Source of the DNA: the human T2T-CHM13v2.0 reference genome, Homo sapiens
Direction: 5' to 3' (one strand)
Length of the DNA: 64,000 nucleotides
NCBI RefSeq assembly: GCF_009914755.1
Contig: NC_060933.1
Shown: piece after piece, positions 15,585-29,707 of the stretch
Numbering within the stretch: the stretch's first letter is position 1
How the letters are laid out: the number at the start of each line of letters is the position of its first letter
Position numbers and translations under genes: made by a program
The notes under the pieces: generated by a model
The model's database searches: none
What the model was told of the DNA's origin: nothing
The model's input: only the letters and a program-made list of their open reading frames with translations

Positions 15585-17264
15585 CCAGTTTAGTTTCTTA
15601 TACCAATAGAAGGTTCAGTTGTATTATTATAATATTGGCCACTTCAGTGACTCCTCTAAGTTTTCTTCCTCTTTAACCACTCCTTTCTTAGGTAATTTTG
15701 ACAATTGAATGAGTAGGAGCTTGTAGGTTTTCTACTTTTCATTCTAAATTTGTTGTAATAAAAATATCATGGATTTTATAATCAGACAGGTTATAGGTTC
15801 TAGAATCAAATAAACCTGCAAGTAAATTTCACTGCTACTTCTTAGCTCTGTGATGGCAGACACATTTAGCCTCCCCAAGCTCATTTCTTCATTTATATAT
15901 TGGAAGCACGAGAATTTGGAAAGATTGCATACATAAAGACAATGGTACACTAAGACTAGCTGCAGTGTATTTTTCTTTATTTCTATCAGTTTCGCATTTC
16001 AGCTAAGTCCAGCAGATGTACTTTCTTTTCACATGATTTTGCTATGTAGGCCTGATTGACTGATTGACTATGGTGGTTTAAATCAATTGTGAATAAACAA
16101 CAATGTGGGTAGGCCAATGAATATCCAGGTACCTGAAGGGAAGAATCATGCCAGATTTCCCCTTTTGCCCTAAGTGCTTTTTTGTGTTTCTGGAATTGAC
16201 AAGCAAATTCGCTTTTTGGAATGGTCAGTTGTGAGGGCTTAACTTGCTTTATGCCACCAGAAGCCGACTAGCCAGGAAGACAACCAGTCACAGCTGAGCT
16301 CCCAGGGTTTCTTGGAGCATGTGGTTGGCATAGCAGCCTAATTCTTATTATCTTATCCATGGAGTTAATAGGAGGCTCATTAGTGACAGATACTCTGTGT
16401 TTGCCTTGCCAAAAACAAATGGGCATATTATTTTTAAAGATTTGTTCAATGATGTATCTTCCAACTGACAATTATCTATTTTTTTTTTGTCAAGCTTTAA
16501 TCTTGGCACTGAGGATTTTTAAAAATATAAGTAAATGAAGGTCACTGCTTTCTATGAATATCAAATTTGTAATGAAGGAGGTGCAGACATGCAACTGTTT
16601 TACAACCAGGATGAATGCTAGATGTGTAACAGCATATGATTAACCCTGCCCAGGCCGTGGAGGAGGCAGACTTCTCAGATAAAGTTAATTTGTTGGACCC
16701 AGATTCTAAAAGTCACGGTAAGGGAACAGAAAATCTAAAATTAAACAAAATGCATACAGGCTAGGTTTCAATTTTCTAACGAGCCAGAAGATAATTCATT
16801 TGCTAGGAAGAACGAGAACAATGATTTTTATACATGTTTCCCCTTACCTCTCTGTAGATTCCTAAGGATGACCCAATGTTCACGTCTTGTCTTAAAATAT
16901 AATTCCCTACCTATATGTGACTAGTATAGACCAGTTCTCTGGTATTTTAGAGCTTGTCTGTTCTAAGCCACATGGCTTATTTTTAAAGCTGGAAGGAAGG
17001 TGTGAGGGATGCTTGCCAAAAGTGGCGATTCATCCTGCCCAGACACAGGAAGGCTTGACTCTGCCAACGCCAACCATCATCTGGGTTATAGTGAGACTCT
17101 TTCTGTGTCACACTCAAAGTTCCTTTAGTCTCAGCACTCACTTTTATCAAGCCAGCTTTGTCAGCAGCGTTTTGAGAGGATGCAAGTATAAAAATCATGG
17201 GCTCATTACAAAGAGTTTTATGGGGGAGGCTATATATTCATAATAACTAAACAGGAACTGTTTC

Positions 17265-17445
17265 CAGTGCTTTCATAAAAAATTTATTTGTTCTTCACAA
17301 CCACCCTATGAATTATATATGATGATTGTTTTCATTTTACAAATGGGGAAACTGAGAGACAGGGAAGTGAAGTACCTTTGCTAGTTTCACTCTCAGGCCA
17401 CTGGGCTCACAATGAAGTCAGGTACTTATCATTCCCACACCGTGC
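17265..17445 (-). mobile_element. MIR
   Basis: 'cttcacaaccaccctatga...cattttacaaatggggaaactgagagacagggaagtgaagtacc'. Confidence 0.75.
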
Positions 17446-17564
17446 TTCCTCTGCAGAGATACAGATGAGTTGTTAAAACTGCTGCTCAATAACTCAAACA
17501 CCAACCTCCAACTTCAGAAGTCAAATAAAATATACCAGAGACTTTGTATTAGAGATAATGGATG

Positions 17565-17725
17565 CCATGTTTTTCAAACTTATCCAATGATAATGATCAC
17601 CTAGGGAGCTTAATAAACATACAGATTCCAGACACCTCTCCAGACCTAGAGAAACAATCTCCAGCGAGAGATGAAGCAAAGCGACAGTTTACAAGTGCCT
17701 CCAGAACATTTTTATTATCAGTTAA
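17565..17725. mobile_element. MER5-family hAT-Charlie MITE
   Basis: 'gatcacctagggagcttaataaacatacagattccagac...gtttggcaaacac'. Confidence 0.65.
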
Positions 17726-17774
17726 GTTTGGCAAACACCAAATGGGGTAATTTATAAAAAAATCTTTAAGACAA

Positions 17775-17915
17775 TGCTTCGCCACTTTAATGTGGACAAA
17801 GTCACCTGGAGATCATATTAAAATGCAGCAGTGGGGCCTGTGATTCTGCATTTCTAACAAGCTCTTAGGTTGTGCCAATGCTGCTGATACATGGGCCACA
17901 TTTTGATTAGCAAGA
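17775..17915. mobile_element. MER5A
   Basis: 'tcacctggagatcatattaaaatgcag...gattctgcatttctaacaagctc...gggccacattttgattagcaag'. Confidence 0.75.
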
Positions 17916-18019
17916 ATCTGGGAAAAGACTCAGCTGTCTAGGATACAGGATTCATTTACTGTTAGCCATAACCTTGGCCTTTTTAATCCTAGAATGTTTG
18001 TAAAAAATGAAAATTCCAG

Positions 18020-18155
18020 TGTCTACTCTTATAGATTCTGATTTGAAAGGACAAGGACAGTTATCAGGAATCTACTTTTTAAATAAGTAATCTCAAGTGA
18101 TTTGATTCTGATGCAGATGGTTCTCAGTCCCACTTTCCATTGACAAACATGGAAC
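18020..18155. mobile_element. MER5B-like fragment
   Basis: 'agattctgattt...caggaatctactttttaaataag...gattctgatgcagatggttctcagtcccacttt'. Confidence 0.65.
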
Positions 18156-18518
18156 ATGCTGTGGAAATCAAAGCACTGTAAAGGTGGAAAGAACAGCAGT
18201 GTGCCATTATATAAGTCATTCAATCCCTTGGTTTTATCACCCACAACCTGGCGAGAATATTATGTGCCTTTATAGAGTTGTTAGGATAAAATGAGATAAG
18301 ACATGAAAGCAAATAACAGCTGAGCCACCCTATTGAAGGGGTCAAAGGAAATAGGATATGGATCAAGCAAAGAACCACTTTCGGCCAAAGCAGCAGAAAA
18401 GCTTTCCTATATTTTCTTGATTCTTAGGCTATAAAGGCAATTTACAAAATCACTACATTCACTCTGTCCGCTTACTAGCTAGACAGGACCAATACCTGTC
18501 CATTATTATAAAATTATA

Positions 18519-18735
18519 CTCTCTCGCTCGCTCTCACTCTCTCTCTCATTCTCTCTTCATATATGTGAATTTTATTCTCATAAACTTATACATATATATG
18601 TGCATATATATGCTTGTATTATATAGGTGTATATATATATGCATGCATACATATATTTGTGCATATATGTATGTTTGCAGATATGAAATATAAGTGCTTA
18701 TCAATATGAAATATGCCCACATGCATATATAGATA
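18519..18735. repeat. (TC)n followed by degenerate (TA/TG/CA)n low-complexity tract
   Basis: Read directly. Confidence 0.75.
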
Positions 18736-20359
18736 AATTGTATAGCTTCCTTGTGAATCTAAAGACACATGTAATATAGCTAACCTTTAAAACAATGCTA
18801 ATATAGCTCCTACAATATGACATTTTAGCAACATGTTTTTAATAATACATGTTCTTAAATGTTAAGCTGATTCATGTTATAGTCCCAACTTTTAGATCTC
18901 AAGTTCTACTTTAGAATATCAATAGCAATATGGAAAGATACAGGATTTTATTGTAAAATTTTCTAAGGAATTATAGTGGTCTGCTATTACCACTGTGCCT
19001 TACCCTGCTTGAAAGTTTATTACTTTTTAAAGGGAGGGGTTCATCAGCTTCTTTCTTGGAGCATTACTTATTGGATAAGAAAAAAAAACGAGAAAAAAAA
19101 AACCTTCAAAGTGCTATCTCTCACAGCCTGTGGCAAGGACAAGGTTTAGGTCAATGCCTATTACAGAAGCAGTAAAAATACGAGGATTAAAAAGAAAAGA
19201 CACACACTATATTCCTTTGGGTGTATCTAGAAATTTAAAAATGTGGATTAGGTACAAACAGTGCAAATATGAAAATTACAATCAAGTGAATAAGCTTTCC
19301 ATATGTTTAATGTTGTATATTTATCAGAGCCTTTCTGATTAAGTATGATACATATTTATTGAATTATAGAGAGTCATAATATGGAATGTAAGGTATAGTG
19401 CATTCTGGCACATTCTGAGAGTGAATTGTTTCAATGTAGTCTATAAAATTATGTTGCCTTTAGGTAATTAGGTGACCAAAATAATTTGAGAACTACTAGT
19501 TACATTATGAAATTTAAAAATCAGATCTCTTTGCTTCTTTACAATTTGGCCAAGGGACACTGAAAGTTAACCCACAACTTGCCATGTTTTAATGTCCAGA
19601 ACTATACTCACTTTCAAGGTTGATGTGTTTTAAGACTTACATGATGGTATGGCACTTCAAGTAAAATTATATTTGTTAAAACTTTACAAGTTTTTTTTCT
19701 TTCTGTTCCCCACTAAGGGAAAGATTCACTGTAAATCTGTGTAGCTGTATTTCCTTTTGTAAACTAAAATAGTTTAGTCTTGGATTATAACTGGAATAGT
19801 GTGATATAACAGAGTTATTGACATATTTGAATAAGTTACTTTTATCCAGATGCCTCTTAAATATAGGACAATAAATCTATATCAAAAACGGGGTACTAAA
19901 ATATGTATGTGTGTATCCCAAATAAATACATTCCTAAGTAAAAACAAAATCTCTTTTGGCATGTATGACTTAGAATCTGAATAACTGGTTGTTTATGGAA
20001 ACATGCAATACATAATTTAAGATAGAAAAAAAGGAGAGATGAATGACTTAGATATAGGCATATTCATGTTATGGTTTATTAGGGAACAAAATCTGCCTGT
20101 CTTCATGTTTGTATTTATAATTATATCAGGCTTAACAAGCGGGAGTAAAGTTCAACATAAACAAAAACATAATTGCTTTTTTTCTTTCCAATATCTGAAC
20201 ATTAAGACCATAGGAGGTTTGCAGTTGCACATTGAAATAACCACATCATCATAAAGACTCCTTATTTCTAACTGGTAAATGTCAGTCTGAATTAGATCCT
20301 ATGCTACATGGATTATTAGTGTTTATGCTTCTATTGCTGACTAAGTACAATACTAATAT

Positions 20360-20730
20360 AGACAAATGGTTATTAACTTTGAATTAGTTCAGGGGGTCAC
20401 TTAATTGATTATGAATATAGGCAACAAGCCATAGTCATATTCACAGTATCTGTTTTGGTCACTAAAAGAAATCATAGATATTTTCGTATCAATTAATATT
20501 GCCACAGATACCTTAATATACCATTTATATTCATCACTATTTCAAAATTATAGCATTGAATACACACATTGTTAGGTTTTTTAGTGAAACACATATACTA
20601 CTGTATCTCAAATTTGTGATATAGATTACTTTGTACTCCCTACACATTTTAATTTTATGTACATTAAAACATTATTTCGAACAGTCCAGACTGCTAAAGG
20701 AATTCACAAAAGATTAAATGCACCTGTCTT
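20360..20730. mobile_element. hAT-Charlie DNA transposon remnant (Charlie18a/MER119-like)
   Basis: 'gtccagactgctaaagg...aaaagattaaatgcacctg' resembles the terminus; internal 'cactaaaagaaatcatagatatttt'. Confidence 0.5.
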
Positions 20731-20739
20731 AAGCAGGAG

Positions 20740-21232
20740 TCAGGTCATGTCACTGCACTCCTGAAAACCCTCCAAAGGCTCCCCATTGGCTTGACTCATA
20801 GTGAAGTTCTGTAGCCTTTTGGATTCCACCAACATTAGCCCCAGACACATCACTCTGTTTCTCAAACATATTAAGCATACCCCCAACTGGGAGCCTTTGC
20901 ACTTGCTCTTCCTTCTGCCTGGAATTATTTTCCCCAATATATGCATAATGTACTCATCTGCATTCATCTAGACTTTTTTCAAATGTCGCCTTCTCTTTTA
21001 GATCTATGCTAAGTATTTTATTCATAATCACATTCTTCCATACAATCTTGCTTCCCTTATGCTTCTAATTATACTACATAATTTACTATGTTTCTTTTAC
21101 ATCTACCCGCTCGTAGAATATAAATTCATCAGAGCAGGAATTTGTATCTTCTTTTTTTTCCTGTTTTGTTCACAACAGTATCATAACACATTTTAGGTGA
21201 TCGATAAACATTTGTGCAACAAAAGAATGATA
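20740..21232 (+). mobile_element. L2 3' portion
   Basis: 'aaaccctccaaaggctccccattg...gcctttgcacttgctcttccttctgcctggaat...gataaacatttgt'. Confidence 0.75.
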
Positions 21233-21400
21233 TGTAAAAGTAAATGGCACTTTCAACACGGCAAGAAAACAGAGTAAATTGCCTACATAACAGTAAATTA
21301 GCCCATTTTTAGAACTGCTAAATGTAGAACCTGAGAAGTTAGACAGAAAGTTGATGTTATTCCTTTAGCATACTTGTTAACTGAAAGTGTCTATGGACAA

Positions 21401-21815
21401 TGTATTAATTTCCTAGTGCTGCCATAAAACATTACCAAATACTTGGTGGCTTACAAAAACAAGAAAAATTTATTCTGTCACAGTTCTGGAGGCTAGAAGT
21501 ACAAAATCAAGGCATTAGCAGGGACACACTCCCTACAAAAGCTCTAGGGGAGAATACGTCCTTGCTTCCTTCAGTTTTTGGTTAGTTGCAGCAGTATTAA
21601 CTTCAATCTACCTCCTTCTTCACTTGGCCTTCTTCCCTGTATGGATTAAATCTCCCCGTTTTTTTTTTTTCTTATAATAATAGCAGTCATTAGATTTAGA
21701 ACCCACTCTAATTCCAGGATGATTTCACCTTGAGAAAAGACCCTATTTTCAGTTAAGGGCATTTTCACAGGAACTGGGAGTTAGGATTGGACATGTTTTT
21801 TGGTGAAACAATTCA
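21401..21815 (-). mobile_element. MLT1B/C solo LTR
   Basis: 'tgtattaatttcctagtgctgccataa...tttattctgtcacagttctggaggctagaag'. Confidence 0.8.
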
Positions 21816-22238
21816 TGTCAGAAGATTAAAAAAAAATCTTGAAATTTCTGACTAAAGAAACTGAATATGTTTATTTACCTTTGTCTCCAGAGAAGATTTA
21901 TGCCTTCCCAATGCTTTCATGGAATTACATGCTTTATTTTTCTGGAGGATCTTCTAATTGATTTTAAGGAAAACAAAATGATTTGTAGCTAGAGGTAAAC
22001 TATCTACCAACCTGGAACTATTACCTGATACTTTCCCCCCTGGAAAAAATGTGGTAGGAAATGTCTAATGAATGTATATCACTTTCTTTCTATAGGTGCA
22101 ATAGTTCACTTGTAATTAGCCACATGGAGGTACCAGAGCTAGTAAAGTCATCTACCTGTGAGGTTTGCAATGGCCATGATAAGGGAAGCATTAAATTAGA
22201 GTGTAATTGCTCAATGGCTGAAGGAAACTTCTCACATT

Positions 22239-22241
<3 letters not shown>

Positions 22242-22285
<44 letters not shown>
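22242..22285. repeat. (TATC)11 microsatellite (GATA-type)
   Basis: Counted directly. Confidence 0.95.
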
Positions 22286-22287
<2 letters not shown>

Positions 22288-22309
22288 CATATATCCATTA
22301 TCTTATATC

Positions 22310-22363
22310 TATCTATAGAAACATTTATTATCTATATATCTATAGAAACATTTATTATCTATA
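22310..22363. repeat. 27-bp perfect tandem duplication
   Basis: tatctatagaaacatttattatctata x2. Confidence 0.9.
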
Positions 22364-22679
22364 TAACTGTCTATATATTTAATATATTAATGTACATATC
22401 CTTTTGGCAATCATGCCAAAAGAAATAATATATGCTTAATTACTTGATCTAAGTGCATAAAAGCACCTAGTTTAAAGAGTTGTCCTGGTGTTAAAAAATA
22501 AAATAACAAGCCCCAAATACTTCACATAGTACCTGACACATAATAAAGATTCAACATATACTACTCAATATTATAGGCTATCGTTATTATCAGAAGTGAT
22601 ACATGTAAATTTTTAATTTTTGATTCAAAATCATAAATGTGCAAGTAAAAAAGAATTGGAGAATAAAAGAATTAAAGAT

Positions 22680-22920
22680 GTTAGTTGGCTATGAGCTCAA
22701 AATAAGATAAAAATGTAATATAATATAAAAATTAATAAGCCTAATGCATTCTTGGGTTAAATTATTGGAAAAATGTGCCCTAATCGTTGGTATCTCAACA
22801 CTACATTTTAATCCAATCACAACTAGAATTTGATGTTGAGTTCTAGGCACAATGTTTTGAGAATGACTTTTTCAAACCATAGGACAACTAGAAAGGTAAA
22901 GAAGCTGGGAAATACACCAA

Positions 22921-22951
<31 letters not shown>

Positions 22952-23205
22952 AATAAAGGAGATGAAGGAAGAGGGCATATTTAGCTTGAAAGAGATACAT
23001 AGAATAAAAACAGCAGCTGTCTTTAATAATTTGAATAATGGTCATTTAGAAAATAGTAAAACAAATCCAAACAAAATAAAATAGACTAACCAGGGCATTA
23101 AAGTTACAACAAACGTAGAGTTCCACTTAAGAAACACCTCCTAAGTAATAGTACTGCTGAGCAGTGAAATTTACTACCTTGTCAGAAACTAAAGTTCCAT
23201 AAGAA
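22680..23205 (+). mobile_element. L3/CR1 LINE remnant with internal (AAAT)n
   Basis: 'ctaatgcattcttgggtt', 'gagttctaggcac', 'gaaggaagagggcatatttagcttgaa', 'gctgtctttaataatttgaa' match the CR1/L3 3' region. Confidence 0.6.
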
Positions 23206-24339
23206 GGATAACTACTATTCATTGAGGTGATTGGCACAGAGCTAACCCCCCCTTTTTTAACTATTACAATCAAACCCAACAATAATCCTATAAGGCAGAG
23301 ATTATTATCTCCATACCCTGGAAAAGGAAATATAAATTATTTGCTCTGGTCATCCAAAGACAGATTCTAAAGTTATTATCTTAACCATCTCCATAGTGTT
23401 TGCCTTCTATGGTACACTGGATTGATCACATCTGTTGAGAATCTTTTAAAAGGATATCATGCATTCTAGAGTGTAGTACATCTGACTTCTAATTTAGTAC
23501 ATGAAAAATGTTTAAAACGGTTCTAGTAGTAAGAGTAGTTAAAATGTAATATCGAATGTGTAAAAGGATAATTTTTATAACAGAGTATAATCATAACTCT
23601 CATCCATATATAAAATAAACGTGTCAAAGATTTTATTCAAGTCATTCATTATTGAGGGAACCGGTAAGATATTGGATGATAAAGCTGGTTGTGATAATTC
23701 AAGACCCCCCGCATGGAAATAATAAAATAATTTAAAAGTAGATGCAAAACTGATGTGTTCCACAGCAAGAAGGGAAATCATCGTCTTCTGTTAGAACAAA
23801 AATTTATTTTCCTGTCTATAAAAGCAGTCATGTGCATTACTATTAGTTATCTACAATGTACAGAGTTGTAACATAGCTCCGAGATAATGAGAGGTACAGA
23901 GACCTATTTGAATCAGAAAACGTAGGAGGGCATGCTTAGAAAATATCTAGTTTTCCAACGAAGACAGGCATTTTGGCCCACTTCAAAGTCTTTCACGATG
24001 TTTCCTTCAAGTGTTTATTATTATGATTGTACAAGCTACATAAATTGGAAATCTCAGGATAGTGATAGAAACTTAGCTTTATGTAGCATGAAAGGTAATG
24101 GCAATCTGCAATAAGCCACCCAGTGTCCTAGTGATGTTTGTATGCTGCATAAGAAAACAAAATAAAACTGACATTTGGTGCTAAGAATTTTACACTTCAT
24201 AATAACAAAGTATAATTACATTTTCTGTATGTAAGGCTTTGTGCAAATGAATTACTTGCATTATTTCATATAATTTTTCCCACTAGTCATAATAATACAA
24301 CAGCAGTAGCATCAATAAAAGAAATAATAATAATATTTT

Positions 24340-24545
24340 CCTTTAGTTAAATGGTTACTGAAACTCAAGTACTTATTTAAGTATTATCTCTTTTAATCTA
24401 AACAACCACTGCTCTGATTTAAGTACTTTTTATCCTCACTTCATTGGTGAGGAAACTGAGAACTAAAGAGTTCAATTAATTTTTCAAGCTCACACAAATC
24501 ATAAGATCTCAGTCTACGTCCTCTGAAAACAGTCTTTCATTGTAA
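24340..24545 (-). mobile_element. MIR
   Basis: 'tatcctcacttcattggtgaggaaactgag...caagctcacaca'. Confidence 0.65.
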
Positions 24546-26066
24546 TTATTACACCATTAAACTAAATTGTCAATCATAATATCAGTGCACTTTGAAGTAA
24601 GCTTATTATAAAAGTATTTGTTTATGATGTTCTTAGACACTTAGAGAAATATTAAATATGTTAGGTTTTCAAAAAGTTTCTATAGTTCTATACATCCATC
24701 AATATTATATAAATTTTGAAAAAAATTTGCTTAAAAACATAAAAATTTAATAAGAATCCATAACCAAAAATGACATTTCTTCTTCAATAAATCCTACTTG
24801 AGGAGCCAACGATAATCCCATGAAAGCAGAGAGCTTTCTCTGACTCACTTATCTTAATAATTGCAGGCCAAATATTCAACCCTGCTATCAATCTCACCTA
24901 GCATTCCTTGATGCCCCCTTCCATAGTAATAATTTCAATAGGTTCAAAAAGAAAAGAAAAAATAGACAAAGCTCACGTAGACATTGAAGAGGGGCTCAAA
25001 ATACATTACCAGCAGTAAAAATTTATTTATCTTTGATAAAGTATAATTATTATTTTTTATTGACTAAATAGGGTTGTAGAATTGTATTATGGTTTGTACC
25101 AAAGTAGACAATTCTAAGAGGTCAAGGGTGTTTTTAAAATACCTTTAATATTTCAATATTCTTTAAACTTGATTATTAGCTTGTATAGTATTGTGAATAA
25201 GAGTATTGATTATCAGAGATAATTTAATCCAATCACTGCTTTAATGATTAAATATGCCAAATTTATAGACACTGTTTTAAATTGTCTTTCTTTAGCCATG
25301 TAATTGGAGGGAAGTGGTAGCATGGATAATCCTAAATACTGAATGATTCCAAAGTTTTTTAGAGTTGGCTTTGGGATACATTTCAATTTGGAAGCAGATT
25401 TATTTCCTAATTACATTTTGCTTAGGCTAAAATTAAAATAGGCAAATAGTATTCAATATGGAATTGATGTGGCCAAAAGTGTTGTCATTGATAAGGGCAA
25501 GCCAGATTGGGCTGTAGATTCTACTACTAACAACACATAACAAAACACGAGCAATATAACGTCAACAAAAAAGAAAGATACATAAGGAGGAAATTTACAG
25601 CCTATCCAAGAATATTCAATTGATGGCATCGTTAAGAGTTAAGTCTAACTTATCTTTAATTCTTGCTCTGCTGCTGTTGTCTCTGTCTATGAGAATCTTC
25701 CATTTTCACTTATCTCTATCTCATACAATAGTTCAAAGTAGGCTTCATGTCTTACATCATTTGATAAGCAATAACTCTGTAACTTAAATATTGAGTCTCT
25801 CTCAGTATTTACGCAGACCCTTTGTAGGTACCATCCTGTTTCCAGAGTGAATTCCAAGATTTTTTTCCCTCCAACCATGAGGATTGAGGGTGAAGTGTGA
25901 CATTCTCTACTGTTACCTCCCAAAGAATCCCCACTCTGACTTTGACTACAATTTCACCTCCTTCCTGCAATACCAACTCATGTTACAAAATCTCAAGACA
26001 AATCTCACACTCAGTGTATTTCTGAGATGTTCACAATAGCTTCGGGCTTTTATGTACTTAAACTTA

Positions 26067-26363
<297 letters not shown>

Positions 26364-26859
26364 TTAATTTCTTGCAATTATGCAATTATCATATATGAAA
26401 TACCACATTTAGAAAGTCAATGAAAATAATTTATCCAACAAAAATTATTTTATTTCAAATAGATCTAGAAATTAACAGGTATCAAAGGGCTACCGTGGGA
26501 AAGTATGGTTCTAGATGTTTAATTAAGGACAATTGGATGCAGAGAAAGACTGGAAGGTTATGAAGAATAAGAAAAAAAAACATCCTTTTGGTTGATATCA
26601 TGCTGAAATGGAAGTTATGTTTGCCTACTGAACGTAAGTATATCAATAAAAACTTGATTATCATACCACACATTGGGCTCAATTAAACATTAGTGAGAAT
26701 CTTCAGTTTTCTAAATCATCCTTAAAATTTATGCATCTAAATCACAGCTCTAGTTTGCATATAGATATTAATAGACAGGTATTTACAAATATCCTTAGGC
26801 CTCACTAGCCATACTCACGAAAGGGACCTAAACCATATTGACACCTTCCACCCTGACTT

Positions 26860-27250
26860 AACCATCACCTGGCAGCTGACTAACCACAGTGATTATACAG
26901 CAGTTGTAAACTGGAACCTGTTGGTGAGAGGAATTTCCTTGACAGAGGCAGCCTGGAAACAGATATAAAAAGATTGCGGCAGATATAAAGCAGGCAGAGC
27001 TGCCTTTAAGCGGCCCGCTTGTTAACAACTATGCTTGCCTGAGTTACACATCTGCTGATGAGGCTGTCTGCATGTTCCCTGAATCCCAGGAGGAGAACTA
27101 AAGTCAAACACCTGGCTAAACAAAGCATAGTAAAAAGCTGGACATTTAATGCAACGAACAGCAAAGGCACGTCCCACAGGACATTATTGCTGACAGTAGA
27201 CGTTCCCTGAAGCAAAAAAGATATTGAGAAAGGGGACACAGTGAATTGAA
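26860..27250. promoter_or_regulatory. Candidate cis-regulatory element
   Basis: Unique and locally GC/CpG-enriched; several E-boxes (CACCTG, CAGCTG, CAGTTG, CATCTG), duplicated CAGATATAAA, short palindromes. Motif evidence only. Confidence 0.25.
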
Positions 27251-29411
27251 GCTACATAGGTGCTCCTTCCTATCCTTTAAATTTGCCTCTGGGATTTGGC
27301 CACCTTTAGACCCAATAGACTTTAATTATAAAAATTATCTATGTGACTAATAAGTGGTGTGTTAGTGTGTGAACTTGTGAGGTGAGGAAACATTTAAGAT
27401 TTTCTAGACTGCTATTTTAGGTCTTTTGTATTTTGCAGTCATCTCTATGAAGTCTTGAATTACAAAAGATAGTATTTGCTTTTATTTGCCTTTCCTTTTG
27501 ATACAGGAAAACCAGTGAAGAAATGTCTTGGAAGTTGACCCTAGATTTTCTAAAGCCTCTCTCCTAATTATTCTCTATGATCTCCAGCCCTGTCCTTCAT
27601 GAACCATCTTGTTATATAACTACTGACAAAAGTGGCTTGTGAAAAAGAATCCACCAACAATTCAGATGGACTTTTAAAAGATGAGGGAAAAACGTGGGCA
27701 GATCAATAAAAGAACACCGTTATTTTGGAAAACAGAAATAAAGAAAAATGACCGCATTAGTTCTACCTTGGAATAGTGAATACGTCTTTCCCCAAACTGA
27801 TGCTCATGGTGTTAAGTTCTGCATTATTGCCAGTACTGTGTTTTAGTTACATTATGGCTTACACTGTTAGGTGAGCTGGCTGGAGAGTAACTTTCTGTGC
27901 ACACAATGTCACATCCATAGTGCTAAGTCCATGGCAAGTATCTGGTGAATGTTTGTGGACTTAATGATATTGATATTCATGTTACTAGTAAGCATGTGTT
28001 CTTTACAACAATTTGCCAAACAATGTAGGTGTGAAGCTATCTAATTTTGTATATGGAGTGGAAACCCTGGAAGGAACATCTGAGTTTTATTGCTACTATA
28101 AGTTGAAATGCACCCAAGCTGCATTTAGAGAACTGGCCAGACTTAACTTGAAAGCCATTTACTCAGTTGAGGAACCTGACGGTCTCTTTTAAAAAGAGCA
28201 CAGGATGCAGCTATGATTTGTTATATCATTTGTTATACTGTAAATAGCATTTTTAATATAATTAAAACACAAGTTAGAAGAAGTTACTCATTTCATGCAT
28301 ATTCATATAATAAGAATTAGTTCATATACATTTAGTGAATAAAAAGGTATTACTTTATTTTACAATTTTCCCAACACATTAATACTTTGTGCCACCAAAT
28401 ATTGCTCCTGAAAGTAAAGTACACTATGCAGCTAAATGCATTAATCTGTGGAAGAATATAATACAACACACCATGCGTATTCACCCCACATTTTTTCTTT
28501 CACCTCAGTTTGGCCACATGCTCTGAAATACAAGTGCTTATTGTGGATAAATAGCCAAGGATTTTGAATATTTATCCGTCAAATCCATAGTTCTTAGGTC
28601 TTAGCCCTTCCTTAGACCTCTTTCTTATCAAGCCATATATATGTCTCCTGCACTTTTTCTATACATTGTAATTTTTTGTTTATTAGGGAGTTAGCATAAC
28701 TTTTTAAGTATGTTATTAATACCAATTTGTTAGGATTATTATTGTTTAATTATTATTGTTTCTGCTAATGTTGTAATAATAAAGTTGCATGGGCTTTGAG
28801 CACTCTGCTCTTAATGTATTTTTCCAATTAATCATTTTATTTACATCATCATTTCGCAGAATACAAAATTTTTCTGAAACTTTTGTGTGATTTTATAACA
28901 TAAACAGATCTATTTGTGGATGTTTTAAAGGAGGAGGGATAATCTAAAGGCAAGAACGTCAAAAGAGTGCACTAGTCTCCAGAAGACCATCTTCAGAAAT
29001 GGTAGAGGACCCTTGCAAATGGCTGTGAAGCCACATAGCTCATGACAGAAAAGTAAAAATACATCAAAGCAATGACTGAATGATCATCACTGTGAAAGTG
29101 AAGGTGGTTGTCTGTTAGCCTATCTCAAGAAATGTATTTAGGGTCCCATTTGATAAATATGCTGATGATTTTCTGAGGCAGAATTGATTTGAATAAAAGT
29201 AGGAGTTGTACAAACTTAAAGGTGGGAGCTCTGTGCAAGACAATATAATCAATTACCTTTATTAAGATACTATTATACTATCTTCATAGTCCCTAGCTGT
29301 TTTCTCTATCCACATTATTGCCTCATACTCCCTTCTACTTACATGTTGTGCTATTTAAAGTGGTTGTGAGGAAGAATGTGGTGAACCAAAGGAAAATAAA
29401 TCAATCATTTC

Positions 29412-29469
29412 TTTTTTCTTTTCTTTTTTATCTTCTTTTTTATTTTTTATTTTTATTTATTTTGTTTTA

Positions 29470-29512
<43 letters not shown>

Positions 29513-29662
29513 TTGAGACAGCGTCTTGCTCTGTTCCCCAGGTTGTAGTGCAGTGGCGCAATCTCGGCTCACTGCAAGCTCTGCCTCCCAGGTTCAAGCG
29601 ATTCTCCTGCCTCAGCCTCCTGAGTAGCTGGGATTACAGGCGTGCGCTACCACGCTCGGCTA

Positions 29663-29707
<45 letters not shown>

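Noticed and set aside
22401-22422. Short hairpin cttttggca-atca-tgccaaaag (similar: gtgccag-agta-ctggcac near 31276)
   Set aside because: Stems of 7-9 bp are expected by chance in 64 kb.
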